Below, in pieces: positions 20,235-30,759 of a DNA stretch of 64,000 bases (positions within the stretch are counted from its first letter, which is position 1; every line of letters starts with the position of its first letter). Below the pieces are notes generated by a model that was not told the origin of the DNA, did not search any database, and saw only the letters and a list, made by a program, of their open reading frames with translations. The position numbers were made by a program, and so were the translations under genes. Source of the stretch: Promethearchaeota archaeon (GTDB taxonomy: Archaea > Asgardarchaeota > Lokiarchaeia > Sigyniarchaeales > SOKP01). The stretch spans positions 736,001-800,000 of the forward strand of contig JAHPZA010000006.1 of NCBI GenBank assembly GCA_019058445.1, in the 5' to 3' direction.

Positions 20235-20487
20235 AAAATTCAAATTATTGAATTTTGAGAAATTAAAATATTATTTAAAATCACAAAAAAAATGTTATTT
20301 TTAGGGTATTGCTAGTAGTTTTTCATTCAAATATGTTTTTATTTTATAAGTAAATTACTATTGAACTAAGATTATTATTGATTCCAGCATTTAAATATTC
20401 ATAATCCCATTCAAATAAAACCATTTATTCGCTTAGCATTTATGTCTTCAAGAAATAAAGAAAAAAGAAAAATTTGAATTTAGTATA

Positions 20488-21720
20488 TTAATTGAAATTA
20501 TTTCCGCTTATCGAAGTATATGTACCTTTGTTTAGAATAGGAATATCATTGTCATAAGTGGTATTTCCAACAAGAGTATTATCATCACAAGTGTAATCAG
20601 AGATAAAAAAACCGTAACCATCACCACTTCCGGTATTTCTACAGCAGAAGCATCCATTACCCGATATTGTATTATAATCACAATTTGAGTCTAGACCTAT
20701 TCCAGTTATATTGAAGGAGGCGAAATCATTAATATCTGTAATGGTATTTCCCGAAACTACACAATAACTACTTGTTAACAGATAAACTCCCCCATAATCT
20801 GCATTTGAGACTTGATTCCCTGAAATAGTATTTTGATCTCCGTTGATATATATTCCGGCGCCAGTATTTATAGTATTCAAAATATTATTACCTATAGTAT
20901 TATCATCTCCTTGTACATGAATTCCTGTTTGGCAATTGCTAATTATATTATTGGAAATAGTATTCCAAGATTCATGACAAGAGATCGCGAAATCGGGACC
21001 ATAATCCACGATATTTCCGCAAATTTCATTATAAGTCCCCCACACTTCAATTCCAACATAATTACAATCATATAGAGTATTACCATTAATATGAGCTTTA
21101 ATATTACCACTCAACTGGGAAATGCCTCTATAAACACCGCTGATATAACAGTCTCTTATCCAAACGTTATTTGAATTGATAGAAATACCAATACCATTTA
21201 AAGTATCTCCAATAATTTCTACATTCTCAATATATATGGGATTATCACTCGATTCATCTATGTAGATAATTTTTGTTAATATTGAAAAAAGATCTAGAGC
21301 ATCAATTTTTAAGTTTTGAATAGTGCAAGATTCCGCATCCGTGATTTCAAAAGCTGTACGATCAAAACCACAATCTATAATGGTACTTGCTCCTTGACCT
21401 TGGATTATATAGCTCCCACCTCCATTTATATTAATTTTATTGCTTAAAGTAATATTATCTATAATTGTGATAATTCCTGATTCCATACCAATATCATTTA
21501 ACGCATTAATAATCTCTAATTCCGAAGAACAAAGATATTTTGAAAAATTAACATATCTATAAGTCGTTATACCATCACTTCCATCATCTCCATCATCCCC
21601 CTCATCTCCTTTCACAGCCCCAGATTGTACCTGCATAAGTGAATATGTACCAAATCCTAATCCAGACGCCCCAATAATAATTGCTAAGAAGCTTAAAACC
21701 TTTAAACTATTTTCACCCAT
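20488..21720 (-). CDS. Membrane-anchored parallel beta-helix (NosD/pectin-lyase-like) repeat protein with collagen-like linker
   Basis: Same N-terminal ~50 aa as the 19427 gene; many GI.....N.I.GN repeats. Confidence 0.82.
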   Translation of the reverse strand: MGENSLKVLSFLAIIIGASGLGFGTYSLMQVQSGAVKGDEGDDGDDGSDGITTYRYVNFSKYLCSSELEIINALNDIGMESGIITIIDNITLSNKININGGGSYIIQGQGASTIIDCGFDRTAFEITDAESCTIQNLKIDALDLFSILTKIIYIDESSDNPIYIENVEIIGDTLNGIGISINSNNVWIRDCYISGVYRGISQLSGNIKAHINGNTLYDCNYVGIEVWGTYNEICGNIVDYGPDFAISCHESWNTISNNIISNCQTGIHVQGDDNTIGNNILNTINTGAGIYINGDQNTISGNQVSNADYGGVYLLTSSYCVVSGNTITDINDFASFNITGIGLDSNCDYNTISGNGCFCCRNTGSGDGYGFFISDYTCDDNTLVGNTTYDNDIPILNKGTYTSISGNNFN

Positions 21721-21868
21721 TTTATCATCAACTTTTTTTAAAAATTTAGATTAAATATCGTAATTATTCTTTGGATCTTATCTCATTTAAATTTTACAAA
21801 TAAGTAAGTTACACATTTTTGTAAGATTTATAAGGTAGTGGCTATAAATAGTATAAAAAATGTAAATA
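21572..21868. repeat. Direct repeat copy 2
   Basis: Near-identical to about 19827-20123. Confidence 0.85.
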
Positions 21869-21937
21869 TTAGTTATATCAAGTAATTATTAAATCAACTC
21901 CCAAATAAAAAATTTTTGAAAGTATTTAGAAATTATC

Positions 21938-22294
21938 TCATTCCTTAACCTTTAGCTTAATCCAATCTTCCGTTCCAATTTCTTTTCGCTTTAAAAGTTC
22001 ATTTTGTCTGGAAGCTACTGATTTCATTGCTTCTTCCTGGCTTAAAGACGGATCATAAAAACTTTTAAATAAATCACAGGGCAATTCATTACATAATCCA
22101 CAATGTTCTAAGTTCTTACTATTAACACAACAATCGAACAAGGGACATATATTAACACTCATCTTTTCTGTCCAAAATGGTTTCCCAAGAACATTTCCAC
22201 AGCCAAGGCAATTATTTCCAATATATTCGCAAGCTCCACAATAAAGACCACAAGGAGGAGCTAAATTTTTATCACTCATGATTTTTTGCAACAC
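21938..22294 (-). CDS. Cys-rich DUF3795-like protein
   Basis: APPCGLYCGAC, CLGC, CPLFDCC and HCGLCNELPC pattern; probable ATG start at 22279. Confidence 0.75.
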   Translation of the reverse strand: MLQKIMSDKNLAPPCGLYCGACEYIGNNCLGCGNVLGKPFWTEKMSVNICPLFDCCVNSKNLEHCGLCNELPCDLFKSFYDPSLSQEEAMKSVASRQNELLKRKEIGTEDWIKLKVKE

Positions 22295-22420
22295 CTTTTT
22301 TAGATTATTTTGAAATAAAAATTCATAAAAATAATAAATACTTCAATACTCTGGTAATTTATCATTATTATTAAAAATCTTAAAATTATAATTCAAAATT
22401 AACCTCTCTAACTAGAGTGT

Positions 22421-22834
22421 ATGTTCGAAACAAAATTAGAAAAGGAAAGGATTAGAGGCTTTGCGGGATTAATTGCAAGCGGACTCCTTCCTTTAAATGA
22501 AAAAAAGAAGTTTAAGGAACAATTTGCCAATACTGATCTTAAAATCCTCCTAAATGCTGTAAATGTGAATTTTGCCGCGCTCATTATTATAAAAAATGGA
22601 GTTTTAAGTATCGAAAGTATTCCAAACAAGCCAAAAGAGAATTTAAAAAAGAAAAAATTGGGGTGGGACGCACTATTGGCAATGGATTCTCAAACCTATT
22701 TAGCTTTAGCAATGAATAGATTGCCGATGTCTAAGTTGGGTTTAAAAGTTTTAACAGGAAAAGTAAAAGTAAGAGGCCTTAGAAAATTGCTTGTTTTAAA
22801 AAAGATGCTACTTTTATTGAGTGAAAGTGAATAA
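22421..22834 (+). CDS. SCP2 sterol/lipid-carrier-like domain protein
   Basis: C-terminal LTGKVKVRG.. motif characteristic of SCP2 folds. Confidence 0.55.
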   Translation: MFETKLEKERIRGFAGLIASGLLPLNEKKKFKEQFANTDLKILLNAVNVNFAALIIIKNGVLSIESIPNKPKENLKKKKLGWDALLAMDSQTYLALAMNRLPMSKLGLKVLTGKVKVRGLRKLLVLKKMLLLLSESE

Positions 22835-22897
22835 CTAGTATTATTAAAAAAATGTGAAAGAATTTCTTCCTAATTAAAATTATAAAAATATTAAGAA

Positions 22898-24052
22898 TTA
22901 TGATGTGGGAGTATCTTTCTTTATTAATCTCATCCCAAATAAAAATCGAAGTACGTTTATTTTTCTAATAATTAATATTAATCCCATAATTATCACGAAT
23001 GATACCGAACAAATGATTAAGTATTTTACTGTTGTAGTGAGATCTAAACCGAGCACATAGAAATCTACGACTATTATTACAGATTGGTGGAGAATATAAA
23101 ATGGCAGGACTATATCATTTAAGAATTTTAATGATTTATGATTGAAATTTAAGAACTTTCGTCCTAAATATATGACAGTTATCACCCAACTCCATCCACA
23201 TGTATTACGAAGTAATCCTGTTAGTGGTTCTAAAGAATAGACTCCTGTCCAATCTCCGATGCCAAGAATTATTAATAAAACTATTGCTATAATTGACGAG
23301 GGGATTCCATGCCTTTCTATTGCTTCTCTAAATTCATCATTAGATACAAGCAGAAAACCATATAAAAAAATAACAATGTATGTAAAAATTTGGTATCCCC
23401 CTTGAGGAGGTAGACCTAAAGGTGTAGTAACTTCCTCTACGATAAATATAGGTATTACTAGCAAATATAAAGCACCTGGCTTCTTCAAAAAAGCCCCCCA
23501 TTTTGCTAGTTTCTCTGAATTCTCTTCTTTTCTGAGATATTGAAATAGTTTTAGCAAAATTAACGAGTAAACAAACAGAAAAAACAAATACCACATATGC
23601 CCCCCAAAGAGATTAAAGTTTCCAGTTTCTGGATTGGATGGACCCATATATACTCCATTGAAATAATGGTATAAATAAAACTCAATAAAGGAACCTTGAA
23701 AATCACCATGGGTTACACGGGCAATGTAGACTTGTAGCGCTGCGTGTGTAAACATACCAACGATTAAAGGAATCATAAGGCGTTTAAATCTCTCCTTAAC
23801 ATATTCATTTCCCTTTCTAACGCCCAAAGCATAAAAAGTTCCCATTCCAGCAATGATAAAAAAGAGGGGTATAACCCAGAAATCTATATAATAGATAAGT
23901 AAACTCAACCCTAAGTCCTTTTCCTCATTCTTGATCTCCCAATCCCCATAGTTGAAAGCTCTAGCACTATGAAAGAAAAATATAAGGATGGTTGCCATAA
24001 TTCTTAGCCAATCAAGTTCATAGCTTCTTTCTTTTTTAATGGAATTTTCCAT
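22898..24052 (-). CDS. Acyltransferase family 3 (OpgC/MdoC-like) membrane protein
   Basis: RSYELDWLR..H, FFIIAG, ERFKRL..P, HMWYL and FYILHQ motifs. Confidence 0.88.
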   Translation of the reverse strand: MENSIKKERSYELDWLRIMATILIFFFHSARAFNYGDWEIKNEEKDLGLSLLIYYIDFWVIPLFFIIAGMGTFYALGVRKGNEYVKERFKRLMIPLIVGMFTHAALQVYIARVTHGDFQGSFIEFYLYHYFNGVYMGPSNPETGNFNLFGGHMWYLFFLFVYSLILLKLFQYLRKEENSEKLAKWGAFLKKPGALYLLVIPIFIVEEVTTPLGLPPQGGYQIFTYIVIFLYGFLLVSNDEFREAIERHGIPSSIIAIVLLIILGIGDWTGVYSLEPLTGLLRNTCGWSWVITVIYLGRKFLNFNHKSLKFLNDIVLPFYILHQSVIIVVDFYVLGLDLTTTVKYLIICSVSFVIIMGLILIIRKINVLRFLFGMRLIKKDTPTS

Positions 24053-24186
24053 TCAAAACACGTTAATTGAAATTTAAAATTATGGATACCTTTGATTCAT
24101 ATCTATTTAAAATAGATCTTTATAATCTAAATAAAACAAAGTCTATCAAATAGAAATTAAAAAAAAGTTAATATTTGAGGGTTAGA

Positions 24187-24573
24187 ATGATTCTTCAAAA
24201 TATAGAAGCAATTCAAGCGGGTATATTTTATATAACTGTAGCTGCGATAATCATTTCTTTTTTCCTAAATCTTCTTATATTGCACAAGAAAGCTTGAAAT
24301 TGGTTTGAATCAAAACGATGGGGTCCTCCTTTCCTTATAAGTGTGATCTGGCTGATACTCGGTTTTACAATTAACTGGTTTTTACCTACTTATGGATTTT
24401 TTATTGCTATTCTTGTTAATCTCATCGTAGGTGCTATTTTAGTCATGATTTTCTACGACAGAGGTTTTGGCAAATCATTGGCTTTTGTAATTGTAGTACA
24501 AATCATCGTGGCCATTCTTTTGATTGTTATTATAATTATCTTTGTTGTAATTCTAGTTATTGTTGTGTGGTAA
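24187..24573 (+). pseudogene. Small membrane protein gene interrupted by an in-frame TGA (24295-24297)
   Basis: ATG at 24187 reads MILQNIEAIQAGIFYITVAAIIISFFLNLLILHKKA*NWFESKRWGPPFLISVIWL..., in frame with the 24343..24573 ORF. Confidence 0.55.
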
Positions 24574-24826
24574 ACAACGCATAATAATAATCGAAATATA
24601 ATGATTTTTTTTTTACTCCTATTACACTTGAATTAATAATAACTTTCTTACTTTAAATGAAAGGAGTTTTCTTATCTGATTAAAGTTTTTATCGTTAAAA
24701 TTAAACGATTTGTTATATTTTTATTGATAAGAATTATCTTAAATTTATGATAAAAGATTATATAATAATAGATATGATTTTCTTTCACCATAATTAGATA
24801 TTAAAGCACAATTATAAGTTCGAAAT

Positions 24827-25546
24827 ATGAAGATATTGGTATTTTTGCCCACTTATAACGAAAAAGAGAATATTGGAGCGATAATCGATAATCTAAATCG
24901 ATTAAACTTTGAAAAAGAAATACTAATTGTCGACGACAATAGCAAAGACGGTACTATCGATGTAATAATGAAAAAAAAGAAAGAAACCGAAAATGTGAAC
25001 CTTATAATAAGAACTGGCAAAAAAGGGCGGGGCCTTGCTGGTATTGTCGGATTTAAATACTTTATACAATCTGATTGCGATATATTAGTTGAAATGGACG
25101 CGGATTTTGCGCACCATCCGAAATATATTCCTAATTTCTTAAATTATTTTCCAGATTATGATGTAGTCATTGGTTCTCGCTTAATTACGTCAGGAAGAGA
25201 AGAAGATCGAAAAATAACAAGAAGTTATCTTTCATTATTAGCTAATTTTTTTATTCGGTTTCTATTCGGAATTAATGTTAGAGACTGTACTAGTGGGTAT
25301 AGAGTTTTTAAGAAAGAACTTCTAAAAAAACTCGATTTTGATAATTTTATTTCAGTGAATCCTGAAATAGTCGAAGAATTATTGTATGGATGCGTCCTAT
25401 GTAAAGCAAAGATAAAAGAAATACCTATAATTTATTACGAGCGTATAGGGGGACAATCAAAACTAAATTTAAAGAAGATTTTACTTGTTCTAATTGCTAT
25501 TATTAAAATTAGATTAAGAGGGAGGGCAATTGTTTTAAGACAATAA
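24827..25546 (+). CDS. GT2 polyprenol-phosphate mannose synthase (DPM1-like)
   Basis: PTYNEKENI, VDDNSKDGT, MDADFAH, GSR and DCTSGYR motifs. Confidence 0.9.
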   Translation: MKILVFLPTYNEKENIGAIIDNLNRLNFEKEILIVDDNSKDGTIDVIMKKKKETENVNLIIRTGKKGRGLAGIVGFKYFIQSDCDILVEMDADFAHHPKYIPNFLNYFPDYDVVIGSRLITSGREEDRKITRSYLSLLANFFIRFLFGINVRDCTSGYRVFKKELLKKLDFDNFISVNPEIVEELLYGCVLCKAKIKEIPIIYYERIGGQSKLNLKKILLVLIAIIKIRLRGRAIVLRQ

Positions 25547-25612
25547 TTTAACCTTTGATAATGAGAGCAAAGTAAATTGACCCTAATTATAAAAATCAAT
25601 TAATGTTCAAAA

Positions 25613-27010
25613 CTAATTGATGATTTTCCCTCTATTTGCATATTGCTTACTGAATTCTTTTCTTTTTAAAAAATCAGTCATTTTATATAACAGTAGCATA
25701 CTAACTCCTAATATAATAACTAGAATGAAGTGTACTATCTTATAGCCCGGTATATTAAAATAATAGTGTTTTTCTCCAAAGTTTACAAAATTGATTCCTA
25801 AAAGGCTAATATACCCTACGATAAAGGGCTTATTTCTTTTAATAAACTCCAGACCGGTCGCATCTTGGACTATAAAAGGAACGAAAAGCAAAGTTATTAA
25901 TGGTAGTAAGAAGATCGATAACCTATAGGCAACATAACTAATAAAATACATTGATATGCTTAGTAATCCGAATTTTTGCTCAAGACTTAAATTCCTACTT
26001 ATAATTAATAAAGCAACGATTATATACAATATAATATTTAATATATTATTTACCAAAAATGCATTTTCCCTTGATATTTCAATATCATAATCCTGATAGA
26101 AGCTTAGATAATGTTGTGAAAATCGTCTGTTAAATCTATAATTTTCCTGTCGGACAAATACGTAATAATCTCGAATTAATGAAGGGTAAAGTAAAAATAA
26201 AAAGTTTTGAGCAACAAAAAAGAAGATTATCATAGCGTATTTCTTTAGGTTTGTTTTATTAAATAACTCGTTCTTTTGAATATCATTAAAGAGATATATG
26301 AGAAAGTAAAAAAGCAGATAGGGAAACGTTCCGATAATTAATATGAAAAGATTATACGTAATCAAATAGAATTTTAAATTTTTTTTAAATGGTTTGATTC
26401 TATATTCAATTTCTCGCTTCATAATGTATAGTAATACAACGCTAATAAAGAATTTCGTTTGAGCGTTTCTAAATTGTTCCAAAACAATAAAACCGTTTGC
26501 CATTACGAAAAGAAATAAAAATCTAATCGTTTTCTTTCTCACCTTTAATAATATTAAAATTTTGTTAAATAGTATTATGTAAAGAAACGACAAGATAATG
26601 TTAATAACATAAAACACTCTATAGGCAAAGAATATAGAGGGCAATAAATAAAGCGGGACTCCTATAAATACAGCAAAATTAGGGAGATATTTATAGCCGT
26701 ATTTTACCCCAACGGGTTGGATTTCGTTAAAGGCGTATAAATTCCACGGCTCTTCTAGAACTTTTCCCCCACAATAATACAAATTTGTAAAATCATATGG
26801 TACCCCCACTAGCCATGGTCTTACAAAAATAGCGAAATAGAGCGCCCAACAGAGAATGCAGTAAATAGGGATGATGATATAGAGATTTTCTCTTATGATA
26901 TTGGAATACTTTTCAGAAAAAACATAAAAAAGGGTATATCCCACCAAAAATATAGAAACGAACGTAAAAAATTGAATTGCCATCAATATACTAATATCCA
27001 TGCGAACCAT
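25613..27010 (-). CDS. Polytopic membrane protein, probable GT-C (GT87/DUF2029-like) glycosyltransferase
   Basis: DF..LY...(G)...LY...YKYLP.F loop after the first TM helices; many TM segments; next to a DPM-like GT2. Confidence 0.6.
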   Translation of the reverse strand: MVRMDISILMAIQFFTFVSIFLVGYTLFYVFSEKYSNIIRENLYIIIPIYCILCWALYFAIFVRPWLVGVPYDFTNLYYCGGKVLEEPWNLYAFNEIQPVGVKYGYKYLPNFAVFIGVPLYLLPSIFFAYRVFYVINIILSFLYIILFNKILILLKVRKKTIRFLFLFVMANGFIVLEQFRNAQTKFFISVVLLYIMKREIEYRIKPFKKNLKFYLITYNLFILIIGTFPYLLFYFLIYLFNDIQKNELFNKTNLKKYAMIIFFFVAQNFLFLLYPSLIRDYYVFVRQENYRFNRRFSQHYLSFYQDYDIEISRENAFLVNNILNIILYIIVALLIISRNLSLEQKFGLLSISMYFISYVAYRLSIFLLPLITLLFVPFIVQDATGLEFIKRNKPFIVGYISLLGINFVNFGEKHYYFNIPGYKIVHFILVIILGVSMLLLYKMTDFLKRKEFSKQYANRGKIIN

Positions 27011-27130
27011 CCTTGATAAATGTTAATTACAAAAAATCTTTTAATTTTATTAATTTTCTCAATTTTAGAAATCGCACAGTTGATAGTATTTTAATCCATT
27101 CTGTTTATTTCGAATTTCAACTTAAAATTC

Positions 27131-28882
27131 TCATTTTTTAGTTATGTATGCTAGAATTATATGTAAACCAATGCCTATACCCCATCCTGCTATTGCTATA
27201 GCACTCCAAGGGAATTCAGGAGAAAAGAACACATTGAGAATCACTAAATAGATGCTCACAACGATGTATCCAATCAAATGGAGAAAAGCAGACCAGTTTA
27301 GAAAACCCTTAATTGGCCTCTTGACAACAATATAAATGGCCCCGTGAAAAGCTATTCCGATCAACCACCCCATAGTAGGGTGTATCAGTAATAAAAGATT
27401 TTGACCTCCAATTTCTAGAGCTACCCCTATGATTACCAAGCAAATGATATAAATAAAGAAATGGATTATGAACGACCATTTCCAGAATAAAACTTTGGTA
27501 GATCTTTTTTCCTTCTCTTTGGTTTTACTTATCCGTGTAATGTACATTATTAGAAGATGGATCCCAAGCCCAATTCCCCATCCTAAAATCGGAAAAAGAC
27601 TCCAGGGTGCTCCTGGAAGAAAGACTACATTAAGAATAACAAGATAAATGCTGGTGATAATATAAACTGGCGTATGAAGCAAAGCAGTAATAGCAAAAAA
27701 GCCTTTTACGCGGTTCAAATATACATAATAAATCGCTGCATGAAATGCAATACCAATCAACCAACCCATTGCCGGATGGATTAATAACAATAGGTCTAAT
27801 CCCTGATTTGCTATATATATCCCAATAATAACCAAAGATACAAGGTAAATTAAGAAATGGGTTACTAATGACCATCTCCAAAATATTATTCTTTTTGCTA
27901 TTAAACGTACATCATCATCATGATACTGTTCAGCATATTGTATTCTGACTTTACTCTGGGCCCTTTCGAGGAAATATTCCCATTTTACAGTAAGTAATGC
28001 GTGGATAAGAATTCCCACAGCAGATAAAAGCAGTAAATATATGATTGCCTCCCATGGAAACAATTCATAATATCTTGAGAATATTAAATACCCCATAACT
28101 ATCTGTACATTGAGTAAAATGTAAAAGGTTATATGTAGGATGAACCCTTTTAATACAGCTTTAATAGCTTCTACGTGGTAAAAAAGGACATAGCCAAACG
28201 CATGCCAGGCTAAGAATATCCCCCATGATAAAAAGATTTCTGCTATTATAAGGACTGCCAATTCACCTAACCCCGTTCCTACAAACACATAAACGTTAAT
28301 AATTATAAAAGTAACTATATAATACGTTATATGAACCAATAACATCCAGAAATTCCCAATTTTAACTATTATCTCGTGCTTCAGTCTTTTCTTTGAAAAT
28401 TCCTCATGAGTTAGACGTAATTTATTCCATTGAGCATTAAAAATTTTATTCCAAGTGAAATATCCTATTGCATGATACCCATAAGCAATTCCCCACATGC
28501 CTAATGACCAAGTAAACCAAATGAAAGTCAAGTCTATGAGATTTATTAAAAATAAGTAGAGATTTATGGATATATAGAAAAATGTGTGGTAAGTGAAGGT
28601 CATTATGTAAGGTGACTGTTCTCTAATATAAGTAAGATATTCAGATTTATCATTATACATTATATATGTTAGAGTATGAAAACCTAATCCAAATCCCCAG
28701 CCAAATAATGGATGGAATGGCCAGAAGAATGTAAGTCCAGTAAACCTCCAACTAACCAGCCAAATTGTTATAAGTAAACCATTTACCATGATATAGGTAA
28801 ATAGGTGTAAGGCATAGACAATCCTATTCGTTAAAAATCTTAAAAACCAATTTTTATGTACTTCTATCTCTTCATCATTCAT
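27131..28882 (-). CDS. Membrane protein made of eight tandem 2TM-domain repeats
   Basis: Eight units of H...Y...(W..P..GWG.G..)H; start overlaps the ABC ATPase stop. Confidence 0.75.
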   Translation of the reverse strand: MNDEEIEVHKNWFLRFLTNRIVYALHLFTYIMVNGLLITIWLVSWRFTGLTFFWPFHPLFGWGFGLGFHTLTYIMYNDKSEYLTYIREQSPYIMTFTYHTFFYISINLYLFLINLIDLTFIWFTWSLGMWGIAYGYHAIGYFTWNKIFNAQWNKLRLTHEEFSKKRLKHEIIVKIGNFWMLLVHITYYIVTFIIINVYVFVGTGLGELAVLIIAEIFLSWGIFLAWHAFGYVLFYHVEAIKAVLKGFILHITFYILLNVQIVMGYLIFSRYYELFPWEAIIYLLLLSAVGILIHALLTVKWEYFLERAQSKVRIQYAEQYHDDDVRLIAKRIIFWRWSLVTHFLIYLVSLVIIGIYIANQGLDLLLLIHPAMGWLIGIAFHAAIYYVYLNRVKGFFAITALLHTPVYIITSIYLVILNVVFLPGAPWSLFPILGWGIGLGIHLLIMYITRISKTKEKEKRSTKVLFWKWSFIIHFFIYIICLVIIGVALEIGGQNLLLLIHPTMGWLIGIAFHGAIYIVVKRPIKGFLNWSAFLHLIGYIVVSIYLVILNVFFSPEFPWSAIAIAGWGIGIGLHIILAYITKK

Positions 28883-29588
28883 CTTTTATCCTCGAATGCT
28901 CATGATTTAAAATGTTTCCATCTTCCATTCGGATTATTCTATCAGAGCAAAATTTAAGTCTATCATCGTGTGTCGCAATTAAGATAGTTGTTCCTCTTTC
29001 TTTTGCAATTTGCTGAAAGTATTCGCCAATTATTTTTCCATTTTCAGAATCAAGATTGCCAGTAGGCTCGTCTGCCATGATTAACTCCGGATCATTAATT
29101 AATGCCCTTGCAATTGCAACGCGCTGTCTTTCACCACCGCTCAAATTTTTAGGGAGATGATCTAATCGATGTCCCATATTTAACATGTCTAATATTTCTT
29201 TGCATTTATCTTTATAACCAGCTTTTTCAAGTTGACCAATTTTATACATGATTTCAACGTTTTGTATTACTGTTAATGATTTAACTAAATTAAATGCTTG
29301 AAAGATAAAACCTATTGATTTTCTACGTGTATCAGTCAAAATCTTTTGCCTAGTTTTTTTATCATAGATCTTGTCAGCAAAATAAATTTTACCGGTCGTT
29401 GGACGTAGAAGAAGTCCCATAATAGATAATAAAGTGGTTTTTCCCGCTCCACTAGGTCCCATTAATAATGCAACTTCACCTTTTCTCATCTGGAGGTTGG
29501 ATTTTTTTAAAGCTTTTACTACGACCTCTCCAAGATCATAATCTTTAGAAATTTCTTCCAGCTTTATAATTATATTATTATTACCCAT
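28875..29588 (-). CDS. ABC transporter ATP-binding protein (LolD/MacB type)
   Basis: [25 protein letters not shown] and ATHD motifs. Confidence 0.95.
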   Translation of the reverse strand: MGNNNIIIKLEEISKDYDLGEVVVKALKKSNLQMRKGEVALLMGPSGAGKTTLLSIMGLLLRPTTGKIYFADKIYDKKTRQKILTDTRRKSIGFIFQAFNLVKSLTVIQNVEIMYKIGQLEKAGYKDKCKEILDMLNMGHRLDHLPKNLSGGERQRVAIARALINDPELIMADEPTGNLDSENGKIIGEYFQQIAKERGTTILIATHDDRLKFCSDRIIRMEDGNILNHEHSRIKDE

Positions 29589-29618
29589 TTTTTATTCACT
29601 TTTCTCCGTATAATTATT

Positions 29619-30758
29619 TTATCCTTTAAACACTATTGCTGGATCTATTCTGTGCACTTTACTTACGGAAAACAAGGAACAAAGGATTCCTACTCCGAGA
29701 TATGCTAAATAAATAGCAATTGAAGTAAAGAAATCAAGTAATATTGGGATTCCTGCACCACCTCCTAGAGCGCCGAATATAAATGCTAATATAGTACCTA
29801 TAATAAAACTTAAAGTTATTAGGATAAAGACTTGACCAAGTAACATTTTGTTTAGAAATACTTTACTAGCACCTATAGCTTTAAGTGTTCCGAATTCGGG
29901 GATTTTCTCCTGTATTGTTTGATACATTACAACCGTTATTATTATCATGGCTACAAAGAAGCCCAATCCCACCAAAATATAAATTGCTCCCCCTAAGCCT
30001 CCTTCGTTAATAATCATAGTATGTGTATTTTCCTTAAGTTCATCTTTTGTAAAAACTTCAAGTTCTTCGATTAGTTCAAGATCATACATCTCGTCTAAAT
30101 CATCTTGAAAATCATCCATGTCATAATCATCTTCAAGTTCTACACCAATCATACTACTCCAATTACCATAAAACGGGGCAATATTCTGAGCAGTCTCGAT
30201 AGATGCCCAAGCATATGGATTAAACATGAACCTTGTATTTTTACAAAAACCTACAATTTCCATTTTAGCTTCACCGAATTGTACATGATCCCCGATTTTT
30301 AGTTCAGGAAAATCATTCTTTATACTTTCATCTACAATAATCGTGTTTTCCTCTTCAAGGTCATCTACATCCCCTTTTATGATATCCCAGGGCTTAATTT
30401 TTTCACTATTAAGTTCGTACCCAAGTAATGTCACATCCGCAACATAATCTTCAGTCTCAAAATTCGCACCCTGAAATATTAGCCTCTCCACATCATCAAC
30501 ATCGCTCATAGTTTTGATTAGCTCATATGAGGAATCATTTATTGGTTCCCCTTCGAAAAAATTATCCGCATCTTCAGTCAGTACCCACATGTTAAACTCA
30601 AATCTATCGAAGGTATCAGTAGATTGAACTAAAACCCCGTTGTACATTCCAGCACTATATTGTACTAGAAAAATACTAATGGACAAACCCAATAGTATCA
30701 TTATAAATTTACCTTTCTTATGGAATAAATCCCGTATTGTTAAATTAACCATTTTCAT
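29619..30758 (-). CDS. ABC transporter permease (MacB/FtsX family)
   Basis: TM1, large external domain, 3 TM; EFGTLKAIGAS and IDPAIVF. Confidence 0.9.
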   Translation of the reverse strand: MKMVNLTIRDLFHKKGKFIMILLGLSISIFLVQYSAGMYNGVLVQSTDTFDRFEFNMWVLTEDADNFFEGEPINDSSYELIKTMSDVDDVERLIFQGANFETEDYVADVTLLGYELNSEKIKPWDIIKGDVDDLEEENTIIVDESIKNDFPELKIGDHVQFGEAKMEIVGFCKNTRFMFNPYAWASIETAQNIAPFYGNWSSMIGVELEDDYDMDDFQDDLDEMYDLELIEELEVFTKDELKENTHTMIINEGGLGGAIYILVGLGFFVAMIIITVVMYQTIQEKIPEFGTLKAIGASKVFLNKMLLGQVFILITLSFIIGTILAFIFGALGGGAGIPILLDFFTSIAIYLAYLGVGILCSLFSVSKVHRIDPAIVFKG

Positions 30759-30759
30759 C

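Noticed and set aside
24280-24320. Possible BHB intron removing the TGA at 24295
   Set aside because: Only weak pairing, no intron stem, and the best candidate excision (13 nt) would break the frame.
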